From a virus: DNA of 64,000 nt. Below are positions 36,643 to 45,869 of this stretch, in pieces (the first letter of the stretch is position 1; every line of letters begins with the position of its first letter). A program made the translations under genes and the position numbers. Location of the stretch: the IMG/VR virus record IMGVR_UViG_3300010397_000004, positions 1 through 64,000 of that record; one strand, written 5' to 3'. The notes below the pieces were generated by a model that was not told the origin of the DNA, did not search any database, and worked only from the letters and a program-made list of their open reading frames with translations.

Positions 36643-37472
36643 CCGCCTACCTGGACGGGCCGATGGTCGGGTTCGACACCGAGACCACCGGCATCGACGT
36701 CGAGCGGGACCGCATCGTGACCACCTGCACCGTGCTGCTTCAGCCGGCTACCCCCACGTGGACGCAGAAGGTCACCTCCAACCTGATCGCGGTCGACGTG
36801 GACATCCCGGCCGCGGCCGAGGAGGTGCACGGCATCTCGACCAAGTTCGCCCGCGAGAACGGCGACCCGGCCCCTGTCGTGCTGGACGCGGTCGCTGACC
36901 AGCTGTACCGGGCGATGGCGGCCCGGATCCCGGTGGTCGGGTCCAACCTGGCGTACGACTTCACCATCCTCGACCGGGAGCTGCGCCGCCACGATCTGCC
37001 CACTGTGGACGAACGTCTCGGCCGTAGCCTCGGCCCGGTTATCGACGTGCTGGTGATCGACAAGTGGCTGGACCCGTACCGCAAGGGCAAACGGAAGCTC
37101 ACTGACCTGTGCGAGCACTACGGCATCGAGCTGGTCGGGGCGCACGACTCCACGGTGGACGCGTTGGCGGCGGCCCGGGTGGCGTACCGGATGGGTCTGC
37201 TGGCGCGCACGAACTACCGGGAACGGCTGGCCCAGCCCAACCCGCCCATGTACCCGGCGTTCCACCGGCTGGGCCACACCGGGGTCGCCGCCCGCTACCG
37301 GGAGCTCGCCGGGTTCAGCATGGCCGAGCTGCACGACGGCCAGGTGGTGTGGCGGGCCGAGCAGTGCGACAGTCTGCGCGCGCACTTCGACGCGCGGGGG
37401 GTCGCCCACGACGGGGTGCGCGGCGACTGGCCGATGATTCCGTTCGCCCTGGTGCCGGACGGTGCGGTGTGA
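36639..37472 (+). CDS. DnaQ-like DEDDh 3'-5' exonuclease
   Basis: FDTETTG, VHGI, N..YD, AHDSTVDA. Confidence 0.9.
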   Translation: MTAYLDGPMVGFDTETTGIDVERDRIVTTCTVLLQPATPTWTQKVTSNLIAVDVDIPAAAEEVHGISTKFARENGDPAPVVLDAVADQLYRAMAARIPVVGSNLAYDFTILDRELRRHDLPTVDERLGRSLGPVIDVLVIDKWLDPYRKGKRKLTDLCEHYGIELVGAHDSTVDALAAARVAYRMGLLARTNYRERLAQPNPPMYPAFHRLGHTGVAARYRELAGFSMAELHDGQVVWRAEQCDSLRAHFDARGVAHDGVRGDWPMIPFALVPDGAV

Positions 37473-39136
37473 CGCTCACCCTGACCGACCTGTTCTGTGG
37501 CGCCGGCGGCTCCTCATCTGGGGCCGAGCAGGTACCGGGCGTCCGCGTCCGGATGGCCGCGAACCACTGGGCGCTCGCGGTCGCGACGCACAACGAGAAC
37601 CTGCCCCACGCCGACCACGACACCGCGAACATCAGCCAGGCCGAGCCTCGCCGTTACCCTCGCACGGACCTGCTGTGGGCGTCGCCGGAGTGCACCAACC
37701 ACTCCCAGGCCAAGGGCAAGCGGAAGGCCGACCAGCAGCCCGACCTGTTCGGTGAGGTCCTGCCGGACGAGGCGGCCGTCCGGTCCCGGGCCACCATGAT
37801 GGACGTCCTCCGGTTCGCCGAGATCCACCGGTACCGGGCCATCGTGGTCGAGAACGTGGTCGAGGTCCGGGACTGGATCCTGTGGCCAGCGTGGGTGACC
37901 GGCCTCGACAACCTGGGGTACGAGCACGAAGTCGTCTACCTCAACTCGATGCACGCCCAGGCCGGCGGCCGGCCAGCGCCACAGTCCCGCGACCGGCTGT
38001 ACGTGGTCGCGTGGCGGCGCGGTGACCGCGCACCGGACCTGACCCGGTGGACCCGCCCGCCAGCGTGGTGCCCGCGGTGCGACGCGGTCGTCCGCCCCAT
38101 CAAGGCGTGGAAGCGGGTCGACCGGCAACGCGGCCGGTACGGGGCGCAGTACGTGTTCCGCTGCCCGGCCGTCGCGTGCCGCGGCGGCGAGGTGTTCCCC
38201 GGCGTGCTCCCGGCCGCGGCCGCGATCGACTGGTCCCTCGCTGGTGAGCGCATCGGCGACCGGGCGAAGCCCCTCGCTTCCAAGACCATGGCGCGCATCG
38301 AGGCCGGCCTGCGCCGGTACGCCCGGGCGCCCTTCCTCACCCCGCTGCGCTCGGGTCGGCCCCGGACGCTCCGGGCCGACCAGCCGTTGGCGACTGTGGT
38401 CGCTAACGGATCGAATCACGGCCTGGTCGACCCGATGCTCGTGCCCACCGTGGCACGAGACCGGGTCCGGGCCCGCCGGGTGGCCGAACCCCTCCGCACT
38501 CAGACGGCCCGCCTCGAGGACGCCTTGGTCGTCCCCCTCCGCGCGCACGGCGTTGCCCGGCCGGCCAGCACCGACCCAGCGCCGACGGTCGCCGCGGCCG
38601 GCAACCACCACGCCCTCGTCATGCGGAACAACACCGCCCGCGGCGACCAGGGCCAGATGTCCACATCGGTCGACGAACCGCTTCGCACCGTCCTGGCCGA
38701 GGCCCGGCAGTCCCTGATCCGGTGGGACGGCGCCATGGTGATGCGGAACAACGACGGCGGCGCCGAGATGAGCACGCCGGTGACCGAGCCGCTCCGCACG
38801 CTGACTGCGGCCGGGCACCAGTCCGTTGTCCGGTGGGACCACCTGGTGTACGGGTACGACGCCGGCGAGCTCCGCCCCGTCGCTGCGACCTTGCCCACGC
38901 AGACCACTGTCCAGGGCGACGCGCTGCTCGGCCCCGAGGTTGCGATCGACGACTGCACGTTCCGGATGCTGGAGCCGCACGAGATCCAGGCCGCGATGGC
39001 GTTCACGCCGACGTACGTGGTCCTCGGAAACAAGCGGGAGCGCGTCCGCCAGCTGGGCAACGCTGTTACCCCGCCCGCGGCCCGCGACCTCATCTCCGCC
39101 GTGGTCGAAGCCCTCACCGGCGGGGCGGTGGTCTGA
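37469..39136 (+). CDS. DNA (cytosine-5) methyltransferase
   Basis: DLFCGAGG, SPEC, ENV, QSRDR, QLGNAV; repeated EPLRT units. Confidence 0.92.
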   Translation: MTLTLTDLFCGAGGSSSGAEQVPGVRVRMAANHWALAVATHNENLPHADHDTANISQAEPRRYPRTDLLWASPECTNHSQAKGKRKADQQPDLFGEVLPDEAAVRSRATMMDVLRFAEIHRYRAIVVENVVEVRDWILWPAWVTGLDNLGYEHEVVYLNSMHAQAGGRPAPQSRDRLYVVAWRRGDRAPDLTRWTRPPAWCPRCDAVVRPIKAWKRVDRQRGRYGAQYVFRCPAVACRGGEVFPGVLPAAAAIDWSLAGERIGDRAKPLASKTMARIEAGLRRYARAPFLTPLRSGRPRTLRADQPLATVVANGSNHGLVDPMLVPTVARDRVRARRVAEPLRTQTARLEDALVVPLRAHGVARPASTDPAPTVAAAGNHHALVMRNNTARGDQGQMSTSVDEPLRTVLAEARQSLIRWDGAMVMRNNDGGAEMSTPVTEPLRTLTAAGHQSVVRWDHLVYGYDAGELRPVAATLPTQTTVQGDALLGPEVAIDDCTFRMLEPHEIQAAMAFTPTYVVLGNKRERVRQLGNAVTPPAARDLISAVVEALTGGAVV

Positions 39137-39888
39137 TGCGGCCGTACTACGCCGACGACACCGTGACCCTCTGGCACGGTGACTGCCGCGACCTGGTCCC
39201 CGCGCTCGGCCTGACCGCGGATTGCATCGTCACCGACCCGCCCTACGGTGAGACCGCGTTGTCCTGGGACGCGTGGCCGACCGGTTGGCTCAAGGCCGTG
39301 GCCGGCAGCGCCAGATCGCTGTGGTGCTTCGGATCGATGCGCATGTTCGGCTTCACCTGGGACGAGTTCTACAGCTCCGGCTGGGCCCTGTCACAGGACA
39401 TCGTCTGGGAGAAGCACAACGGGTCCGGGTTCGCCGCCGACCGGTTCAGGCGAGTCCACGAGCACGCCGTCCACTGGTACTCGGGCGCCTGGTCGGACGT
39501 CTACCACGAGACCCCGACAACCGCCGACGCCGTGGTGAAGCAGATCCGCCGCAAGGAACGACCGACCCACATGGGCGACATCGACCGCAGTACCTACGAG
39601 AGCGCCGACGGCGGCCCCCGCCTGATGCGCTCCGTCATCTGGATGCGGTCGATGCACGGCTACGCCACCCACCCCACGGAGAAGCCCGTCGGCATCCTCG
39701 ACCCGCTGATCCGGTACGCCTGCCCGCCCGGCGGCGTCGTGCTCGACCCGTTCGCCGGCAGCGGCTCCACGGCCGAGGCGGCCCGGATGACCGGGCGCAA
39801 GGCGATCCTCGTCGAGGCCGACGAACGGTACTGCGACCTCATCGCTAACCGCCTCGCCCAGGGCGTTCTGATCGAGGACGGTGCCTGA
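39136..39888 (+). CDS. DNA N6-adenine/N4-cytosine methyltransferase (beta class)
   Basis: DPPY..HPTEKP..LDPFAGSGST. Confidence 0.92.
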   Translation: MRPYYADDTVTLWHGDCRDLVPALGLTADCIVTDPPYGETALSWDAWPTGWLKAVAGSARSLWCFGSMRMFGFTWDEFYSSGWALSQDIVWEKHNGSGFAADRFRRVHEHAVHWYSGAWSDVYHETPTTADAVVKQIRRKERPTHMGDIDRSTYESADGGPRLMRSVIWMRSMHGYATHPTEKPVGILDPLIRYACPPGGVVLDPFAGSGSTAEAARMTGRKAILVEADERYCDLIANRLAQGVLIEDGA

Positions 39889-40559
39889 TGGTCGACCTCG
39901 CCATCCCCGCGTCCTGCGCCGCCCGGCCTACGGTCGGCGGGGTCGTCGCCCCCTACATCAACCTCCGCCTCGCCGACGGCGGCGTCGACTTCCGCTCGCC
40001 CCACCACAAGGCGTACGAGGAATGCTGGACGAACTGCTGGTGCCAGGTGTGCGGCCAGCCCACCGGGCGGCCCGCGGTCCTGTTCGGCGGCCCCAACCAG
40101 GTCGCCGCCGGCCGGTTCGACGAACCACCCCTGTGCGCACCGTGCGCGCAGTACGCGTCGAAGGCGTGCCCCATGGTCGCCGGCCGGCAACCCCGCTACG
40201 CCGACCGCGCCCGCATCAGCGAAGGCCGCCGCGGCCACACCTGCCCCGACCCGGGCTGCGGGTGCGGCGGGTTCGTCCCGGTCGACCCCAACCACGGCGA
40301 CGCCGCCGGCGAGCCCGCCCACAACTGGTACGCCGTGTTCATCGACCCGCGCGCCTACCAGGTCACCGCGCACAGGGCCACGGTCCGGTGCTCCGACCTG
40401 GGCTGTGAACACGAACGGGTCATCGTCAACGGCGGCCAGCTCACCGCAGCCCCGCTGAAGGTGGTGCTGGTGTCCACACAGGACGAAGGCCGGGTGTGGC
40501 GGCCGTTGGCGCCGCACGAATGGCCCACCACCACCTGCACCAGGGAGGCCACATCATGA
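39888..40559 (+). CDS. Cys-rich hypothetical protein
   Basis: CQVCG..EPPLC..CA.Y...ACP. Confidence 0.6.
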   Translation: MVDLAIPASCAARPTVGGVVAPYINLRLADGGVDFRSPHHKAYEECWTNCWCQVCGQPTGRPAVLFGGPNQVAAGRFDEPPLCAPCAQYASKACPMVAGRQPRYADRARISEGRRGHTCPDPGCGCGGFVPVDPNHGDAAGEPAHNWYAVFIDPRAYQVTAHRATVRCSDLGCEHERVIVNGGQLTAAPLKVVLVSTQDEGRVWRPLAPHEWPTTTCTREATS

Positions 40560-41089
40560 CCGACGTCCGCGGTATCGACCTGTCTCTCACGGCCACCGGC
40601 CTCGCCTCGTCGCTGGGCTGGTGCACCACCGTGGGCTGCGATGGCATTACCGCCCTGCCGCTGCGGGAAAGGGTTCTCGCTCTGCACAAGCTGAAGGCCG
40701 AGCTGCTGGAGGCGATCGGCGACCCCGGCCTGGTGTGCATCGAAACCCCGGCCCTGTCCAAGGCCCGCGGCGGGGTGTTCGAACGCGGCTGGCTGTGGTT
40801 CGCCGTCGTGTCCGCCCTGACCGCCCGGGATATCCCGGTGATCGGTGTCGGGACGGGCCAGCTGAAGAAGTACGCCACGGGTGACGGCCAGGCCAACAAG
40901 GGCAAGGTCATGGTGGCTGTCACCCGGCGGTGGCCGCAGTTCGAAACCGGCGGCGACGACAACATGGCCGACGCCGCCGTCCCCGCCGCGATCGGCGCCG
41001 ACCTGCTCGGCGAACCCCTCGCCGAGATGCCCGCCACCCACCGGGCTGCCCTGACCAAACTCGACCTGCCGGAAGGACTGGCCCGGTGA
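40556..41089 (+). CDS. RuvC-like Holliday junction resolvase
   Basis: GIDLSLTATG, IE, LKKYATGDGQANK, DNMADA. Confidence 0.85.
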   Translation: MTDVRGIDLSLTATGLASSLGWCTTVGCDGITALPLRERVLALHKLKAELLEAIGDPGLVCIETPALSKARGGVFERGWLWFAVVSALTARDIPVIGVGTGQLKKYATGDGQANKGKVMVAVTRRWPQFETGGDDNMADAAVPAAIGADLLGEPLAEMPATHRAALTKLDLPEGLAR

Positions 41090-41742
41090 ACTACACCATG
41101 CGCCCGCTCGGCCCGTGGACCGAACCGGTGACCCAGAACCGGCGCGGCGCCCATGTGTTCAAAGCATCATGGGCCGACACGCTCGACCTGCTGTCCCGCG
41201 AACTTGAGCACCTGGGCGCCGACGAGGTGATCCTGCAGGTCGACCTGCTCGAGCACCAGTTGCGCCGCGACGGCATGCCCCGCGCCGACGCCAAGATGGG
41301 TCCGTTCCCCGGGGTGCGGATCTCGTTCCAGTCCAAGCACGGGCCGCTCACGTACGCCACCGACGCCCACGAGAACAGCTACTACAACCCCCGTTGCCTC
41401 GCCGGGTGGCAGGCCAACGTGCGGGCCATCGCCCTCGCCTTGGAGGCGCTGCGGGCGGTCGACCGGTACGGAGTGTCCGGCCGGGGCCAGCAGTACACCG
41501 GCTGGACCGCCATCGAAGCCACCGCCACAGTCTCTGATGTCGCCGCCGCGGCGCTGCTGCTCGACCCCAACGAGCCCGGCCGGCTCATCGGCGCTCCGAC
41601 CGCGGTCATCACCGGGGCGTTCACGGCCGCGGTGCGCCGCCACCACCCGGACTTCGGCGGCGACGGCAACGCGGACATGGCCGCCGTGGTCAGCAAGCTG
41701 CGGAACGCCCGGGACCTTCTCCTCACCGGGACGAAGCAATGA
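41086..41742 (+). CDS. Protein with C-terminal J-domain fragment
   Basis: NVRAIALALEALRAVDRYG..RRHHPDFGG. Confidence 0.7.
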   Translation: MNYTMRPLGPWTEPVTQNRRGAHVFKASWADTLDLLSRELEHLGADEVILQVDLLEHQLRRDGMPRADAKMGPFPGVRISFQSKHGPLTYATDAHENSYYNPRCLAGWQANVRAIALALEALRAVDRYGVSGRGQQYTGWTAIEATATVSDVAAAALLLDPNEPGRLIGAPTAVITGAFTAAVRRHHPDFGGDGNADMAAVVSKLRNARDLLLTGTKQ

Positions 41743-41909
41743 GCCTGGCCGGCCGCCACTACCTCGAGCGCGGCCAACCCGTCACGGTGATCTGCGGTTG
41801 GGGCCCCGGCGGCGGCCCGCGCAACGTGTGGATCCGCCGCGCCGACGGCTCCGAAGTCGTGCGGCCCTTCCGGGGTCTACGCCTACCGAAGGACGAGGAC
41901 CCGGCATGA
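41739..41909 (+). CDS. Small hypothetical protein (56 aa, absent from the ORF track)
   Basis: ATGA overlaps at both ends; MSLAGRHYLERGQPVTV..PRNVWIRRADGSEVVRPFRGLR. Confidence 0.6.
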   Translation: MSLAGRHYLERGQPVTVICGWGPGGGPRNVWIRRADGSEVVRPFRGLRLPKDEDPA

Positions 41910-42496
41910 CGACCACCGAACCCGATGAGGCCGACGGCCACCCCGATTCGGTGTGGGTGAGCAGCGACCGCACCGTCGACGACTACTACGTCGCCACCGT
42001 CCACCCGAGCAGCGACGTGTCCATCCCGCTCACCGCGCACCAGGCCGTCGCGTACGCCATCACCGTCCTGCGGGCCGTCGCCGACGCCGAGTACGACGCC
42101 GCCGTCCTCGCCCAGATCACCACCGCTACCGGCGGCGACCAACACGCCGCCGCGGCGACCGTCATGCAGCTGCGCGAAGCCCGGCCACCCCGTGACACCG
42201 CCCCCACCGCACCACTGGTGTTCACCCCGATCGTGTCGAAGGCCAACGGCCATCCGTTCGTGCTGGTGCATCTCCATGGTCAGGCCCTCACCCAGTGGAC
42301 ACCCGAGGACGCCCGTGGCCACGCCCAGCACGTGCTCGACGTCGCCATCGTCGCCGACCACGACGCCGCCTACCTGCACTACCTGACGTCCGTCGTGGCC
42401 CTCGAACCCGAACGGGCCCGGGTCGCCGTCGACGCCCTACGGCAGCACCGGCACAACCAGCCCACAACCCAGGAAGGAACCACGGATGTCCACTGA
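41906..42496 (+). CDS. Hypothetical protein
   Basis: ATGA coupling. Confidence 0.55.
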   Translation: MTTTEPDEADGHPDSVWVSSDRTVDDYYVATVHPSSDVSIPLTAHQAVAYAITVLRAVADAEYDAAVLAQITTATGGDQHAAAATVMQLREARPPRDTAPTAPLVFTPIVSKANGHPFVLVHLHGQALTQWTPEDARGHAQHVLDVAIVADHDAAYLHYLTSVVALEPERARVAVDALRQHRHNQPTTQEGTTDVH

Positions 42497-42833
42497 GGAC
42501 ACAGGCCGGCAGGTCCAACCGTTCGCCGGCATCCTGCAGAAGATCGGCAAAGGTGTCGCCCACACCCGCATCTCGGAGGCGATGCAGCAACTCGTAGTCG
42601 CCGTCACCGAGACCGGCAAGAAGGGCACCCTGACCCTCACCGTCACCGTCGAGCAGATGAAGGACGCCGAAACGCTCAGCGTCTCGGCGAACTGCACGGT
42701 GAAGCTCCCGCAGGAGCAGCAGGCGTCGATCTTCTACGCCGACGAGGCCGGCAACCTCACCCGCAACGACCCCCGCCAGACCGCCGTCGACCTCGCCGTC
42801 GTCGGCACCGCACGCCGAGGAGACACCGCATGA
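42486..42833 (+). CDS. Conserved small partner of DUF2303
   Basis: AVTETGKKGTLTL..IFYADEAGNLTRNDPRQ. Confidence 0.75.
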   Translation: MSTEDTGRQVQPFAGILQKIGKGVAHTRISEAMQQLVVAVTETGKKGTLTLTVTVEQMKDAETLSVSANCTVKLPQEQQASIFYADEAGNLTRNDPRQTAVDLAVVGTARRGDTA

Positions 42834-43702
42834 CCAACGACGCCCAGACCATCGTCGACACAGCCCGGCTCGGCGCCATCCCGTCCTCACTGAAACCGGG
42901 AACGATCTACACCGTCGCCACCGCCAACGGCGACGTCAAGCAGATCGACCTCACCGGCGACCAGTACCGCGACTTCCCCGCCCGGATCCGGCAGACCGTC
43001 CACCTCACCCACGCGGACAGCTTGCTCGCCTACTGGGACAAGCACTCCGACCCGGGCTCGGAGGTGTACGCCGACCGGCAGAAGTGCACCATCACCGCGA
43101 TCCTCGACGCCCACTTCGGGGCCTATGGCTCGGCCCCCGAGCCGGATGACGGAACCACCGATGAGGAGTTCCGGCCCCGGTGGCAGGCCCACCGCGCCGT
43201 CCTCGAACTGACCCTGTCCGACCCGCTCAAGGCGTGGATGGGCCGCGACAACCGGTACGACGACCAGGCCGGATTCGCCGAGTTCATCGAGGACTGGCTG
43301 CCCTACATCGTCGCCCCCGACTCCGCCGACCTCCTCGAGATGGTCCAGACGTTCCAAGCCACCACCCGGGCCACGTTCAAGTCCGCGTACAAGCTCGTCA
43401 ACGGGCAACGCCAGCTCGAGTACACCGAGCAGGTCGACGCCACCATGCGCGGCGACGCCATCGTCGTGCCCACCGGCCTGGTCCTGCACATGCCGATATG
43501 GCGCGGCGCGGCCGACGGCGTCGAACTCACCGCCCGGCTGCGGTACCGCGTCAACCACGGGGGCCCCGGCCAACTCGGCATCGGGTTCAAACTCGACCGA
43601 CCCGGCGACGTCATCGACGCCGCGTTCGAGGCTGAGGTCGCCGCCGTCGCCGAGCACGTCGGCCGGCCCGTGCTGCGCGGCACCCCCGCCGGCGGCGCCT
43701 GA
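42830..43702 (+). CDS. DUF2303 (YfdQ-like) protein
   Basis: W..HRA..Q..FAEFIED..ARLRYR. Confidence 0.8.
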   Translation: MTNDAQTIVDTARLGAIPSSLKPGTIYTVATANGDVKQIDLTGDQYRDFPARIRQTVHLTHADSLLAYWDKHSDPGSEVYADRQKCTITAILDAHFGAYGSAPEPDDGTTDEEFRPRWQAHRAVLELTLSDPLKAWMGRDNRYDDQAGFAEFIEDWLPYIVAPDSADLLEMVQTFQATTRATFKSAYKLVNGQRQLEYTEQVDATMRGDAIVVPTGLVLHMPIWRGAADGVELTARLRYRVNHGGPGQLGIGFKLDRPGDVIDAAFEAEVAAVAEHVGRPVLRGTPAGGA

Positions 43703-44028
43703 TGACCCGGGTTGTCACTCTCGCGGGTGCCTCCGACGACCTCATCGAGGTCGGTGGGGCCATCCGCGAGGAATTCAGCTACCGCGGTGCCCCCAACGAG
43801 GGCGACCTGGTCGCATTTTCGGACGGCACAGTGCTGCGCATCGTGTTCAGTGAGGCCGGCGAGGACGGGGTGTGGCGTATCACGCCCGTCGCCCGCGGCA
43901 CGGCCACCCTCGACATCGTCCAGGCACCCGAAGACGACCCCGCCAACTTCACCGACGTCGCTTCGCTCAGCGGCGTCGAGGTGCGTTGGGCAGTGCACGG
44001 CCTCGCGTACGCCAAGGCGGTGGGGTGA
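43702..44028 (+). CDS. Hypothetical protein
   Basis: GASDDLIEV.G...EEF..FSDGT..GVWRI. Confidence 0.65.
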   Translation: MTRVVTLAGASDDLIEVGGAIREEFSYRGAPNEGDLVAFSDGTVLRIVFSEAGEDGVWRITPVARGTATLDIVQAPEDDPANFTDVASLSGVEVRWAVHGLAYAKAVG

Positions 44029-44468
44029 TGGTGGACCTGCCCAACTGGGAAGTCTCGGTCACCATGGTCCGTGGCGCCGGGCGAAGTAGGGAGGAACGCA
44101 CCTTCCTCGCCGTTCTACCGGCCGCCACAGAGAAGGCGGCCCTGCGCGGCGGCCAGGACTACGGGCTCGGAATCAACACCGCGTCCGAGCACGAGTGGAA
44201 GTCCGCGGGCCGGGACACCTGCGTAGCCGCCCGCCCGTTCGACGGCGCCAACCTCGACGGGCTCACACCCGAGCAGGCCATGCGGCTCGCCGCGGTCACC
44301 GCCGACGCCATCCGCGACGCCGAACGGCGCGGCGCCCGCGATCAGCTAGGCCCGATCCTGGCCGACCTGCGGGCCAAGCTCGGCGAGGAATACGTCACCG
44401 ACCCCATCGGCTACCTCGAAAACCTGGAGCTGCAGCTGGCCACCCTCGCCGGGGAGGCACCCGAATGA
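44028..44468 (+). CDS. Hypothetical protein
   Basis: TGATG coupling. Confidence 0.55.
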   Translation: MVDLPNWEVSVTMVRGAGRSREERTFLAVLPAATEKAALRGGQDYGLGINTASEHEWKSAGRDTCVAARPFDGANLDGLTPEQAMRLAAVTADAIRDAERRGARDQLGPILADLRAKLGEEYVTDPIGYLENLELQLATLAGEAPE

Positions 44469-45010
44469 CCCGGTACAAACTCCCCGACGAGCTCGGCGGC
44501 CGGACCGTCGACGCCGAAGAAACGTGGGGCGGGTGCGCCGGCGCCCGCCCCGAATACCGCATCGGCGACATCACCCTGACGATGCCGCCCGGCACGCCGC
44601 TGAAGGTCATGCCGCCGGCCGAACCGCCACCGGGACCGTACCTCCTCGACGGCGGGGCAGTGGTCATCTGCACCAGCCCCGGCGACTGGTGGGTGCCGAA
44701 CGGGCGTGGCAACCCCGGTGTGTTCCGCTACATGTGGCCCGGCTTCTGGGAGAAGTTCGGCGGCCCCGACGTCACCCTGGTGCCCCTCGTGCCCGACCCG
44801 GCCGCCGGCGTTCAGCTGCCGTGGGCGGGCGAATCGGCTGTGCTGGCCACAAGGCTCGGCGTTTGCACCCACGACCCCGGCGAGGGGGGCTCCCTCGTGC
44901 AGGAGCTGTACGGCTCCCGCGACGCCCTCCTCCACCCCGACACCGCCGAGGCCAAGGGCGCCGCGCTCATCGCCGCGGCCCGGGCCGCCCGAACAGCGGT
45001 AGGCACCTGA
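44465..45010 (+). CDS. Hypothetical protein
   Basis: ATGA coupling; GGAGG RBS. Confidence 0.55.
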   Translation: MTRYKLPDELGGRTVDAEETWGGCAGARPEYRIGDITLTMPPGTPLKVMPPAEPPPGPYLLDGGAVVICTSPGDWWVPNGRGNPGVFRYMWPGFWEKFGGPDVTLVPLVPDPAAGVQLPWAGESAVLATRLGVCTHDPGEGGSLVQELYGSRDALLHPDTAEAKGAALIAAARAARTAVGT

Positions 45011-45360
45011 TGACAACCCAACGGGCCCGCACCGACCGGGCGCTCAACATCGTGACCAAATGGCGAACCCTGTTCACCGGATGGCAGCTCGGCACCCGAC
45101 CCAAGGGCGACCCCGAAGGCGACGCCGTCCGCGACCACCGCGAGCTGAGCATCCTGCTCCGCGTCGAGTTGACCGCCCTGACCGGGCTGCTCCTGGCCAA
45201 GGGCGTGTGCACCGAGGACGAGTTGCTGGCCGCCTTCGAGCACGAGGCGGAGCTGCTGAACAAGGACTACGAGCGCAGGTTCCCCGGCGTCACCGCGCAC
45301 GAGGACGGGCTGAACCTCGACCATCGGGTCCTGCCCTGGATGAAGGGCTGGCGGCCGTGA
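45010..45360 (+). CDS. Hypothetical protein
   Basis: TGATG coupling. Confidence 0.6.
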   Translation: MTTQRARTDRALNIVTKWRTLFTGWQLGTRPKGDPEGDAVRDHRELSILLRVELTALTGLLLAKGVCTEDELLAAFEHEAELLNKDYERRFPGVTAHEDGLNLDHRVLPWMKGWRP

Positions 45361-45704
45361 CCGCCGCCGACAACCCGTTCGCCGAGTGGTGCCTCGTCGA
45401 ACTCATGGGCCACCGCCGCGTCGCCGCGTATGTCACCGAAATCACCCTCGCCGGGGCCGGCATGCTCCGCCTCGACGAACCCGACGGCCGCACCCAGTAC
45501 GTCAGCCCCACCTCCGTGTACGCCCTCCACCCCACCACCGAGGACGTGGTCCGGGCCATGGCCGGCCAGTGGCGCGAACCGCCGATCACCCGGTACGAGC
45601 TCGAGCAGGCCCAGGCCGCCGACGACCCGCCGCCCGAACCGGCCAGCGCCGCCGGGCCGGCCCCGTACGCCAACCCGTGGGGGGAGCCCGAACCACCGTT
45701 CTGA
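45357..45704 (+). CDS. Hypothetical protein with SSB-like C-terminal tail
   Basis: WCLVELMGHRR.AAYVTE; ends NPWGEPEPPF. Confidence 0.65.
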   Translation: MTAADNPFAEWCLVELMGHRRVAAYVTEITLAGAGMLRLDEPDGRTQYVSPTSVYALHPTTEDVVRAMAGQWREPPITRYELEQAQAADDPPPEPASAAGPAPYANPWGEPEPPF

Positions 45705-45869
45705 CCCCGGGGGCGGCACCGGTTCGGCACCGACCCGTCCAGCCGGCCAGACACCGCCCCCACCCCGGCACCACGCTGACCGGCGCAACCCCACCACCAG
45801 GGGTTGCGCCGCCAGCCTGCACCACGCAAAACAGACAAACATCGATCAACAAAAAGGGGGGTGGTGGGC

